A stretch of DNA of 64,000 nt from Heterodontus francisci (Eukaryota): positions 53,321,095-53,385,094 of the forward strand of contig NC_090403.1 of the NCBI RefSeq assembly GCF_036365525.1. Reading direction: 5' to 3'. This document shows, in pieces, positions 24,950-36,769 of the stretch. The notes under the pieces are model-generated. The model ran no database searches, had not been told where the DNA came from, and saw only the letters and a list, made by a program, of their open reading frames with translations. Both the position numbers and the translations under genes were made by a program. Each line of letters begins with the position of its first letter. Position 1 is the stretch's first letter.

Positions 24950-25650
24950 ATTTCTCTCCTTTCCTCCCCTCCTATCCTGATGGTGCTGACTCATGCTGGG
25001 TAGGAGTTCGAAGGATGTTGACAGTCCTCTGGCACCATGCCTAAGTGTGTATTTTTCGCATAATTCGTGATTTGAGTATAGCAGGCTATTTATCAATTAC
25101 AACAACTTACATTTAAATACACTTTAACATAGAAAAATGTTCCCAAGTGCTTCACAGGCGTAAAAACTAACAGTAGAAGCTGAGTCAAAGGAGAGAGTTA
25201 GAGTGGTGACCAAAAGTGTGGGCAAATAGGTCTTGAGGAGACTTTTAAAGTTGGAGAGACAAATGAGTATGGGGAGGAAATTTCAGTGTGATACCTTGTG
25301 TGGATGAAGGCACAACCAAGAATGGTGGGACAAAAGGTGAGGTGAGCATGCACAAGAGCCTGGAGTCAGGAAAATAGGGAGGGTTCATGGTCGGGTGGGG
25401 GTCGTGGTGTGGTGCAGGTGTTCATGGCCAAAGGAGGTTATTCAGGAGGGGAAATTTGAAGGTTAAGAATTTTAAGTTCGAAACTGAGGCCCATCCAGTC
25501 CTCTCCGCAGTCCACAAATACACCTTTCAGGGAGGGACTACTAGCTACTCAACAGGCCCAGGACCTTTGGCTGATTTATCTTTTTCCATTTCCTTTACCC
25601 TCCCCGAGTCCTTGGTTTTTGATGCTGTCTAGTGCTATTACAGCTTAAAT
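24950..25650 (-). mobile_element. Ancient SINE split by an L2 insertion
   Basis: 24950-25095 and 25485-25650 carry motifs collinear with 18115-18292 and 57566-57900. Confidence 0.45.
25098..25480 (-). mobile_element. L2 LINE 3' end (old)
   Basis: 'acaacaacttacattt...cccaagtgcttcacagg...gtgaccaaaag' parallels 18293, 50215 and 63075. Confidence 0.78.
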
Positions 25651-26934
25651 CAATCGTAAATAACTCTTATGTGGGGATAGAGGCTGTTGACAATGTATTG
25701 TTTCAGCTCAATTTTTCTTGCTCTAATATTCAAGTTCTCAGACTGTAAATATTAGTCAGCTGATTTCTCTATTGTTTCAATGTAGTATCCTGCCCTGTCG
25801 TCTTTATCCAATAACTTACAGGGGTTGAATTTTGAATTAGCAATAAAAGAGAATAGATTGTGTTTTAGACATGCACATAGCCAATGAGTTGTCACTGGGG
25901 TTCAGTTTATATTGCTGGAGACTGTATGGAGCATGATCCTGGGCTTCTGGATTTGTGTTGGATTTAGACTTTTTCTCCTTATTTCAAAAGTATTTTTAGA
26001 TTTTAAAGGTTGGTGTTAAGTGGAGAGTGAATCTGATCTGTTGCAGTAGCCGCTTGTGACTTGTTCCTGTGAAGCAAGTAATATTGTTGCACTGCTTGGA
26101 ATGCACATTATATGAACAGCCAACATGTGTTGTTGGGTTTTGGGGTATAACCGCTGTGTGGTTAATACTAAAGACTGTATGAAGGAATGTTTGTTCAAAA
26201 GGGAACGGTTCTCAACATATCTGTATCATTCAAATTATTTGATTTGTGAAGCAGTTGCAAAAATAAAAAAAGCAGGTTACTTATTTAAACCTTACAAACT
26301 TAATAAACCGTGTAGCCACTGTGAACATTTGCAGCATGTAATTGGGGAAATTGTTACTCTAAGTCCTGATCTTCACCTTTGTTGTGACCAACTTTAATGA
26401 TGAGCTGCTTCCTCAATCTTTTTCTTGCACCAAAAAAAAGTTGACTAGCGAAAGGTTGAGAGGGTATATCCCTATGTGTTGAGTTTAAATAGCAACAGTG
26501 CAAAGGGGGTTTAATCATGACTTATTTCAGCGAGTAACTTTTTAATCTTTTTTTTGTAAAATATTACTTCTACGAGGAACATTCTGTACTTAATATTGGC
26601 CAGCTTCTCCCACTTCCCCAACCCTATTTATTTTCCTGTTCCCTCCAGTCCTTCTCAAAATTTGCATCCACATCCGGCAAAGTGAGGCAGGCAAGTGGTA
26701 TGGTCAAGACCAGTTTCGGATGGTGTTCTTCCTTCCTGCTCGATTCCTCTTTCACTCTTGAACTATTGGATAATTGCTGTGTTAGGAATAAGAGCATAGG
26801 TTAGATTTAATTGGATGAGGTGCAATATAAATTGTAAACTAATTCCCACAAACTGAGCCATTGTTAATTTTGTTTATTGCATTAGTTGCTTTCAGTCTTT
26901 TGGGCACAGGAATCTTGAATTTTTACCAGAAACG

Positions 26935-27150
26935 TAATGATGGCATGTTATCTTTCCTAAAGGACATTAGTAAGCCAGTGGGAGTTCATGATAGTCCTGT
27001 AGCTTCATAGTTACTGTTTTTTTGCAGATGCTAGCTTTTTATTTCCAGATTTTTTTTTTAAACTGAATACAAATTTTCAAACTACCCTGGTGAGATTTGA
27101 ACTTGCGATCTCCAGTCCCATAACAGAATTACTCGACTGCCCTACCCTGA
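26935..27150 (-). mobile_element. Degenerate copy of the SINE at 20621-20958
   Basis: 'cctaaaggacattagtaagccag...ctagctttttatttccagat...ggtgagatttgaac'. Confidence 0.65.
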
Positions 27151-28139
27151 AAAAGCAGACAAAAATTTGACATCCAATCAAAAATTAATGTGGAATTCAT
27201 TTCAAAGCAAAAGATAGTATGAACAAAAAGTGAATAGAGGTATTGACAGTAAATGGAAACTACCACTGAGAAAAAGTGATATTCATCTTGGACATGATGA
27301 GTGGAAATTGTTCCGCCATCTACTGTTCAGCTTGCTGCAGACTGTTAGAGAAATCTCCAAGCCTGTTTATGAAGAAGACACTGAGACTAGGATGCTTTGG
27401 TGGAGATTGTTTATTGCTTGTCACAGAACTTCTGCTCTCCAAACAACGCCACCAGCCGGTAATGGCTGGCTCTTTATCTATACACACTTGAATACAATTA
27501 ACTAATTAACACCCAACACCTGTTCACAATATATTATCTTGAACTACCAGGTATTTATCATCCATGAACAGAATTTCAGACCCGAACAACTGTTCTATAG
27601 TGTCGTCTTGTCTTTTCTTTTTGTTTCTGACTTTGGATGAGAATGTATTTATTGATTTTTTTTTGTGAACTTAACAGGAAATTACAATTGTGCGGCTTAT
27701 CTGTTTGTCAAGAGAGGAAGATCAAATGCTGTGTCACCAGTACTGATTTTGATCTAGGTTTGATCAAAATACACGCTGGCAGCATCAATTGGACAACTCC
27801 AATCAATTGAACAGCTCTGCTTTTGAATTGTTGCTGCATTTTTCAAAGTTATGATCCTTCAAAAAGCATAATATTTGAATTTGGAAAATTTATTCCTGAT
27901 AGTTTTAATTGAACTTCTCAAAGATGTTGTATGTACATGAAAGGGTAGGAGAGGTCATGATTAGCTTAACTAACCACTTGTTGTAGAGCAGTAGTCAACA
28001 AAGCAAATGGAACTCTACTTTGTGTTGCCAATTTGATGCCCCAAGGCAATCATGCTGTATTGTGCAGAGGTTAGACTGAATGTGATATTTGGTTCTTGAT
28101 ACCAGTTGGAAATTCCTTCAGCCATTTCCTCAGCAATAG

Positions 28140-28769
28140 TTCTTTTTTTTTCTTTTGGGCCTCCTTATCTCGAGAGACAATGGATACGCGCCTGGAGGTG
28201 GTTTGTGAAGCAGCGCCTGGAGTGGCTATAAAGGCCAATTCTGGAGTGACAGGCTCTTCCACAGGTGCTGCAGAGAAACTTGTTTGTTGGGGCTGTTGCA
28301 CAGTTGGCTCTCCCCTTGCGCCTCTGTCTTTTTTCCTGCCAACTACTAAGTCTCTTCGACTCGCCACAATTTAGCCCTGTCTTTATGGCTGCCCGCCAGC
28401 TCTGGCGAATGCTGGCAACTGACTCCCACGACTTGTGATCAATGTCACACGATTTCATGTCGCGTTTGCAGACGTCTTTATAACGGAGACATGGACGGCC
28501 GGTGGGTCTGATACCAGTGGCGAGCTCGCTGTACAATGTGTCTTTGGGGATCCTGCCATCTTCCATGCGGCTCACATGGCCAAGCCATCTCAAGCGCCGC
28601 TGACTCAGTAGTGTGTATAAGCTGGGGGTGTTGGCCGCTTCAAGGACTTCTGTGTTGGAGATATAGTCCTGCCACCTGATGCCAAGTATTCTCCGAAGGC
28701 AGCGAAGATGGAATGAATTGAGACGTCGCTCTTGGCTGGCATACGTTGTCCAGGCCTCGCTGCCGTAGA
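28140..28769 (-). mobile_element. RTE-clade LINE 3' fragment (young)
   Basis: The part of ORF 28165..29163 from YGSEAW onward is uninterrupted: RRLRWLGHVSRMEDGRIPK...CSTCGRACHSRIGLYSH. Confidence 0.92.
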
Positions 28770-29451
28770 CCGCCCCTTTCTCTGGAGCACGGAGCTGCAT
28801 TGCTACCACATTTCCAATAATTGGTCGGTTTTTGAACCATTGTGTGTACGCTACCTCATTTTGTAATTTGTGGAATTGGAAAAACTTCACAGTGCTGTAA
28901 TGAATAAAGTTGGAAGATTGTGTAGCTTGACTTGATTTCTGGAATCCTCTCTGGCACGGTAAAGACGGGCTGTTCTTAAATAAATTGAACCAGAAGGCAG
29001 TGTTTATTCTAATGCCCCATGGCAAGATGGGAGGTAGGTGGGTGAGTTGGACTGAAGATTTTCTCTTTCTGAAACTGAGATTGTGTTGCTCAGTGACATT
29101 GGCCTTGCTTGGTGGGTTATTTTGGGTAGTAACTGTCATTGGGGATTGTTTGGAACTGGGCATGTAACTCCACTGAATTAACTAAAATGTTTTCACTGCT
29201 TTGGTGAGCTTAAAGTTTGTTTTTAAAAGTTAGTCATTAGAAGGAAAACTATAACAAAGAAATCTCCAAGCCTTAGGCCCAAATGATCCCAGCCCAGATT
29301 CTGTTCTTTGTTTCTCCCAGATAGCATTAATTATTGCTGCCGAATAAAAAAGGCTGTCCACAGCTTTAATAACTATGTTGAACCTACCAATAATATGTAA
29401 TAATTTTAAAGCCAAACACAGCAATAATATATTTAAAGCCAAAACATAAAG

Positions 29452-29886
29452 AAAAAAATTGCATTTGTATTGCGGCTTTCACAGCTTCAGGATCTCTCAT
29501 GCATTTCTCAGTCAATAAATTTCTTTTGAGGTGCAGTTACTGTTATAAGAAAATGCGGCAGCCTATTTGTGCACGGCAAGGTCCCAAATAAATGACCAAT
29601 TAAACAGTTTTCAGTGATAGCTGAAAGATAAATGTTGGCCAGGACACTGGGAGAACTTCTGTGTTCAAATAGTGACGTGGAATATTTTGCATCCAACCAA
29701 GAGGGAAGACAAGTCCTTGGTCTAACAACTTGTTGGAAAGACAGCACCTATGTCATTGCAATGCTCTCTTGGTACTGCACTGAAATGTCAGTGTAAATTA
29801 TATGCTCAGATCTCTGGAATGGGGCTTGAACTCGTAACCTTCTGATTCTGAGGCAAGGTGCTACCACTTAGCCAAGGCTGATACCA
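29452..29886 (-). mobile_element. DeuSINE (SacSINE1/AmnSINE1-related), essentially full length
   Basis: tRNA-like head (rc tcagccttggctaagtggtagcacc...agttcaagcccc), Deu-like core 'aatgttggccaggacactgggagaac' and L2-like tail 'ttgcatttgtattgcggctttcac'. Confidence 0.8.
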
Positions 29887-30719
29887 AGTAGACTGAACCT
29901 CCTCCAAAGGAAGGAGCTAGGAATTATCGGCTACCAGTCTAAAAAGCTATTTTTCCAACAATTGGCCTTCATCTCAAGAACTGCCTATTTACACCATTTC
30001 TGCACAGAGAATACCTGAGCAGGGCATTAAATGAACAGACCAATGGCTCTCTCTTAGCTAGGTATGAAAACTGTGCATCAGACTCCACACTATCCATAAC
30101 CGATGCCGTTGGAAACCAACTACTATTATACAAATGTGTACTGCGATTTACCTTTGACAACTCTACAAGAGATCCCTTGGTATGCTCTTGAGCGTGGGCC
30201 TGAATACTAGTACTACTACTTTTGACTTCAGAGCATTACCTGGGTGGAGAACCTTTGAAAGAGAAGGATCATTACACCTTAGGCAAGAAATCAGTCCCTC
30301 TATAAAACAACATCTGAACTCTGATGCTGAGAACAAATGCACAAGTGTAGCAGTAGCATGTATCCCTAGCAAGGATGTTGACTGTTGAGAGAGTGCTGTT
30401 GAGTAGGTAAGTTATTCTGGGTGGTAATGTCACAAGTCAGTGAGTGTAGTACCTGATGAGATTAATCATTATTTGGTATTGTTATGGTGGGGGGGGGTGA
30501 TGGTGTTGCTGATTTCCACTGTTTACCTTCCATCTGACCACAGTGTTTTGTTTAAATTAGTGTTTCAGCCCCTGTATTTTGTTTGCAAATAAACAGACAG
30601 TGACGGGTTTGCTCATAGGTTTAAAACAGTTGATTATTTACTGAACAATATTCATCACCCAAAATGCTCGCAACACCACCCATGCATGCATTCACTCTCT
30701 CATGCGCTCACGGGAAGAT

Positions 30720-31893
30720 GTCTTGTTTGGCCTCCTTATCTTGAGAGACAATGGGTAAGCACCTGGAGGTGGTCAGTGGTTTGTGGAGCAGCGCCTGGAG
30801 TGGCTATAAAGGCCAATTCTAGAGTGACAGACTCTTCCACAGGTGCTGCAGAAAAATTTGTTTGTTGGGGCTGTTACACAGTTGGCTCTCCCCTTGCACT
30901 TCTGTCTTTTTTCCTGCCAACTACTAAGTCTTTTCGACTCGCCACACTTTAGCCCCGCCTTTATGGCTGCCCGCCAGCTCTGGCAAATGCTGACAACTGA
31001 CTCCCACGACTTGTGATAAATGTCACAGGACTTCGTCACGTTTGCAGACGTCCTTAAAGCGGAGACATGGACGGCCGATGGGTCTGATACCAGTGGTGAG
31101 CTCGCTGTACAATGTGTCTCTGGGGATCCTGCCATCTTCCATGCAGCTCACATGGCCAAGCCATCTCAAGCGCCGCTGACTCAGTAGTGTGTATAAGCTG
31201 GGGATGTTGGCCGTCTCGAAGGCTTCTGTGTTGGAGATACGGTCCTGCCACCTGATGCCAAGTATTCTCCGGAGGCAGCGAAGATGGAATGAATTGAGAC
31301 GTCGCTCTTGGCTGACATACGTTGTCCAGGCCTCGCTGCCATAGAGCAAGGTACTGAGGACACAGGCTTGATACACTCGGACTTTTGTGTTCTGTGTCAG
31401 TGCGCCATTTTCCCACACTCTCTTGGCCAGTCTGGACATAGCAGTGGAAGCCTTTCCCATGCGCTTGTTGATTTCTGCATCTAGAGACAGGTTATTGGTG
31501 ATAGTTGAGCCTTGGTAGGTGAACTATTGAACCACTTCCAGAGTGTGGTCGCCAATATTGATGGATAGAACATAGAACAGTACAGGCCCTTCGGCCCACG
31601 ATGTTGTGCCGACCCATGATGTTCGTTGTCTTGAGGCTGATGGTTAGGCCAAATTCATTGCAGGCAGCCGCAAACTTGTCGATGAGACTCTGCAGACACT
31701 CTTCCGTGTGAGATGTTAAAGCAGCATCGTCAGCAAAGAGGAGTTCCCTGATGAGGACTTTCCGTACTTTGGACTTCGCTCTTAGACGGGCAAGGTTGAA
31801 CAACCTGCCCCCCTGATCTTGTGTGGAGGAAAATTCCTTCTTCTGAGGACTTTGAACGCATGTGAGAGCAGCAGGGAGAAAAAAATCCCAAAA
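30720..31893 (-). mobile_element. RTE-clade LINE, 5'-truncated, same family as 28140-28769
   Basis: ORFs 31492..32148 (LLFADDAAL), 31023..31460 (YQACVLSTLLYGSEAW) and 30773..31135 (CSTCGRVCHSRIGLYSH). Confidence 0.93.
31565..31613 (-). mobile_element. 49-bp CR1 tail-only insertion inside the RTE
   Basis: 'atagaacatagaacagtacaggcccttcggcccacgatgttgtgccgac' resembles the CR1 3' terminus at 10092-10148. Confidence 0.8.
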
Positions 31894-32046
31894 AGATAGA
31901 AGGAAAAGGGTAGGAGGTGTTAAGAGTTCACGGTGTAAACGTCTGCGGCTTTCAGGAAAATCACTGGGATCCTCTTGGAAGGTGAGTTTTAAAGTTGCAG
32001 GCCTGTTTACTGGTTGTCTTGTATTTGTTGGTTGCAGAAGACTTCT

Positions 32047-32762
32047 GGGCTGGATTTTTACGCCACCCCAACGCGCCGGGTGGTGGTTTGGGGGGGTGGC
32101 GTAAAATGGAGTGGGAGTTTCCAGGAGGCCTTCCCAACCTGCCTCCACCCCACTTTACGTAAAGGGGGTGGGGGGGGGGGGGGTGGTGGGTGGCGGCAAT
32201 GAACTGGATGCTCGCCCCAGGCCAATCAAGGCCCTTAAGTTGCCCATTAATGACACTGAAGGGCTTTCGCCTGTCCCCACGCGGATTATACGCGTGGCAA
32301 GCGGGTGTCCTGGAGCCGGTAAAAGCTGGTGGCCTCTCAGTGCCCCGGGGGTGGACTCTGACAATTGGACACGGTGTCTGATTCAGGGCTGCCCCCGCTT
32401 CCCCAACCAACCCCAGGGACCATGACTTCCCCCCCCCCCCCCCCCCCCCCAAAATGACAACCCTTACCTCGCTAGGGCCCAACCGAAACTCATCTTGGAT
32501 CCTGGCTCCCGGGCATCCTCTTTGGTCGGCTAGGCTGCAGTCCCAGCAATGGCCACCGCTCCCGGTGGTGCTGCTGGGACCATGGCCTGCTGATTAGCCG
32601 GCAGCTCAATGAAGTGGGACTTCCTCCCTCAAGCGGGTGGAAGTCCCGCCTCGGAACGTTTAAAGCCTGGGGACCCGTAAAATGCAGGTCGGATCCTCAA
32701 ATGAAGCAGAAGCGGGAAACGTCGGTGGCCAGCTCCCATCCGCCTAATGTAATATCCAGCCC
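32047..32762. mobile_element. GC-rich non-autonomous DNA transposon (PIF/Harbinger-like MITE)
   Basis: Left TIR gggctggatttttac; right end gtaatatccagccc (rc gggctggatattac). ctg at both flanks, overlapping the left TIR by one base. No coding capacity. Confidence 0.7.
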
Positions 32763-33220
32763 CTGGGATTCACTTCAGTTTGAAGATGGTGTTGGCATTC
32801 TTAGTTTGGTTTTCACAGGTGGAGGAGTTGTTTCAAAGGCACTCTTTTCTGTGCTAAAGTTGGCTTTGAAACTTGTCTCCGCAGGGTTCAGACAGTGTTA
32901 GCTGGAACTGTTTGCTCCCTTTCTCCCCCTCCCCCTCCTTCTCTCATTTCCATGTCGACAGCGTTAATTGGTTTTAGTTCCAGTGGACATGGATGTGTAT
33001 TTTAGTGCTGGAGTTGGTTTGGGTCATTTGACTTGCCCTCCATTTTCTTGACAGTAAATGTACCAGTCTTCTAAAATTGTTCTAATTTTTTAACTCTAGT
33101 TTATTTTCTGTATTTTCATCGCTGCACTTCTTGTGAGCATGACAGTATGAATGTGGCTGCTGCTGCTGCTCCCTGTTTAGCTATAATGGCAGTAATCTCT
33201 CTTGGAGTTAGAGGCAAAGC

Positions 33221-33728
33221 TTTTTGCCGTACAGAACTTGAGTATTGCTGAAAATAGAGCCATGTTCTCCAAGCTTTTTGTCTTGCACTCATCAGGACAA
33301 TCTGCAAGAATACCAATGCTAGGGAAAACAACAACTTTATACTGTATGAGAAAAGAGTGCTGATTGGTTGGTAGGTGAACTCTGGTGGAGGCGTTGCCAC
33401 AGAGATTGCACCAGTTTATGATGACTGACAGTTAACTGCCAAGCTTTGTTTGAAATTTAAACCAGGCAACTTGACTGGTCAAGGCATTTCCCGGAGGAAT
33501 GAAGCAGCAAATGGCTGTCACTTATTTTGTTTAGCTGAAACAGGCACAATGTGTGTACATGTTCATTCTGTCTTTAAAGAACAGGACTCTGTGTATTAAT
33601 ATATGTAGCTTTCAGTCCGTGCAAATGCACCACACTGCGAGCCTTGCATCTTAAATTGGTTGTCAGCGTAATTCTTAGCACGCTGAGAACGAAAAGCTTT
33701 GACAACATGTCTCTATTTTCAGCAATAC
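33221..33728 (-). mobile_element. Second Penelope-like copy (same family as 12165-12912) with a short inverted pLTR piece
   Basis: 33230-33686 is the reverse complement of ~12447-12896; 33689-33728 is an inverted copy of the pLTR end. Candidate TSD gcaaagc (33214-33220, 33729-33735). Hammerhead at 33265-33300 is mutated. Confidence 0.85.
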
Positions 33729-36645
33729 GCAAAGCGCTTTAAAAAAAAAACAAATGCCTTGTTTTTCCAAACTGGAACCTTAAGAAGCAGAACCCAAGTG
33801 AAGTCTTTAAAGTTTTAAGTTTGGTCCCTCCCTTTTTCATTGGCCTTTGCCAAATGCATTGTGCTCAGAACTGACAATCGTACAGCTCCTAGCATCAACA
33901 ATTCATAATCTGTAATAAGTAGCTGGCAGTCTGTTTCAGAAACACAAGGTTAAGTGGACTTTTACCCTAGTAAAATAAATGCAATCAATATATGGTGTAC
34001 ATCTAAGTGCTTTGAAGGTTAAAAGAAAGTAAGCTGGCATTTCTGTATTTACTGTACTTAGTTTTTGATGGTGAAATAAGTGAGTTTACCCTGAAAAGTG
34101 TTAACTTTTAGTAGTGGTGGGATTGCTGGATTGCATTTTATTCCCTTGTGTCCAGTAATTTCTATAAAGCATAACCGGTTGAAACAGTGCAACATGCTGC
34201 ATGCCTGGCATTGTTGAGTGGTGTACAAAGTTTGATCCAATAATAATTGTCTGGCATGAGTTTTGGAGGTGATTTGTGGACCAACAGAAATTTTAAGGAA
34301 TATCCTATAAGAGGGCAATAGTCTTGATGCTCAGTTAGAATGCTGGAGGTTACAAGTATGAAAACAGATGGCATGAATGATGTTTGGATAGAGACCCTGT
34401 GATTCAGTATGCTGACCTCCAGTTGTGTCTCTTTGATCCAACTTTTGCCAAAATTTCCACTTTGCCATGATGTATGTAATTGCGACCAAGATCCAGCTGT
34501 GATATTTTATTTCCATACATAAAATTCTAACATAACTTAAAAATGGGTGCAGATTTTAAACTCCAGAGTAACCCTTTTGCTTCCACTGATATTCATCGCC
34601 TCTAGCAACATGGTGTAGATTATTAAATCAATTTAGCAGTTGGCATTATTATGGCTGGATATCCTTTTCAATATTAGACTGGGCCGTTTCAATGTTTTTT
34701 ATGACTTTTATCAGCTAAAATTTTTGGCAGCAACAAATGCCACCCAAGCTTTCTTTGTTTCCAGCTGACATATGTATTTGTTACGAAATGTTGAGACAAG
34801 CTGGGGCTTGCTTTGCATTGCATTACTGTGCACGGTACTTATCACCGAATGAATTTTTAACCAATGTATGATGCGAGATAAACATTTCAGAAGACTTAAT
34901 GGGGGTGGTGTGATATGGTGAATCAATGAAGACCCAACACCTACTACCCTTAAAACCAGAATTACTCGCACCTACAAAAGAAATAATTCAAATACTTAAT
35001 GAATGTTCACTGATGTTGAAGAGGAACAGCTGTCTGGAAGTAATACAACATTGCGGAGTGACAGTGAGCAGCTGTGATGCCTGTTATTTGTATGAAGTTT
35101 GCCCCCTGTTGAAAGCCATGCAAAGGCTGGCTTGTATAAGCTGGAATGATACAACCTAGAGTGTTTTGTTATGAAATGAAATGTTCAAAATTTAAAAAAA
35201 ACTCTAGGAGGGGAATTGGAAGGCAGTAATACAATTGAGGCAGAGCTCGAAATTAACGCTGGTTGTTTTGTAGCTGATAAATGAATATGATTGCCTGATG
35301 GACCAGTGAATCCATTCAAGCATTAGCACATGGTCTCTGCACTTTCCTTCCATGCAGGGTCTGATGACCATTTGGGAAATTGGGGGATTTCTTGGTGCCC
35401 CCATGAATGATTCCATAGCACTTCTTCTTTACTCTGCAAATTCGTTTTGGGGAGCCAGTCTGCCCCTGCTTCCGTGCCTAGCACATTGCTGATGCGCAGA
35501 TTTTACAAACTGCCTTTAGCACGCTTCTATGTTAAGGCGCAGTATGTTATGTTAGACCAGTGGTTCTTACTGCTGAACAGGAATTCATTCATCAGCTGCT
35601 GCTTTCTCTGTTGTGGTCTGCAGTCTTAACTTCGAGCCTTGTTTAATGGGTTTAGATGTTTGTAAACTGAGTGAATTTATCACAACTCACCAGTGCCATC
35701 TGAGCCCTGAGATTTAACTGCCTTGAAGTCCCACCTAGAAAGCTTTCCGGTAATTTACTATTTATATCTTTTTTATTTTTTTAAATCACCACAGGATGCT
35801 ATGCTATGATCACCATGTGACAGGTAGAAGAGTATTACAACTGTTTGTGACATAAGCACTGAAGGATTATAGCATCACATGACAGGTAGAAATGTACTAC
35901 AAAGTTTTCTTTAAACCATTGTTTAGTAGGTAATTTACTCTATGGTTCAGTGAGTCACAAAAGTATTTGACCTTCATTTTCAGAAGAAATTGTGTTGCTT
36001 TCCAAAGTTGTAATTGTCCCACACAAAATATAGCGCTTGAGCCTCCGACAGTGTTCGTTTTTCTGTGGACTTTTTGTCCTGCACTTCTATTTATATGTTA
36101 ATAGCATGTACAGGTGATGTGTTATTATTGGCAAAAGTATTACAGTGGCATGATGTGATTGTGCATTTTCTTCCAGATTTCACTAATTTGGGCATAATTA
36201 ATTTGCATGCTTATATGCTTTAGACCTCTAAACTTATAAAAGAGCCAGCTCAGTGAGTCCAGTTTCAGTATTACTCCCCGTTGAAGTCAAAATAAATTTC
36301 CTCAATTCAAGTCTTGTGCATCATACAGTAGCAGAATGATGGGATGTTGTCATAGTTTTGTTTTGGTAACAGTGACCCAGAAGAACTTCTCGAATCACTA
36401 AGTGATGCATTCCACATTTGAGCATAGATATCTGAGCACCTCAGATCACTAAGCAGAAGTGTGATATATTTATCCAAAAGGGAGATCATGGCTCAATGAA
36501 AAATGCCTCATTGGTAAGATGGCTTGTCAGAAGTTGCACACATGTCAGAAATCACAACAAAGTTGTTAGAGCAAATAGCTTCCAACAGACTATTGGCAGA
36601 GCGTCCTAAGCGTCAATTAATCGAAAAATAGCCCACACTTCTGAG

Positions 36646-36769
36646 TTAATATAAGCAAAATACTGCAGATGCTGGAAAACTGAAATAAAAACAAGAAATG
36701 CTAGAAATACTCAGCAGGTCTGGCAGCATCTGTGGAGAGAGAAGCAGAGTTAACATTTCAGGTCAGTGA
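36646..36769 (-). mobile_element. Short PLE-derived element, truncated within hammerhead stem II
   Basis: Homologous to 19490-19612; TSD cacac(t/c)tctgag at 36634-36645 and 36770-36781. Confidence 0.82.

Noticed and set aside
28165-29163. 332-aa ORF as a novel gene or host-RTE fusion
   Set aside because: Only 28165-28769 is RTE. The N-terminal part is a chance open frame through flanking DNA with no recognisable domain.
31492-32482. Cluster of overlapping ORFs (218, 173, 104 aa)
   Set aside because: They arise from the GC-rich MITE and adjacent RTE; they are low-complexity with no coherent domain beyond the RTE part.
35795-35823. 29-nt micro-exon after a T-rich tract
   Set aside because: The donor (gtagaa) is weak, the length is frame-shifting, and there is no NPEPPS similarity.
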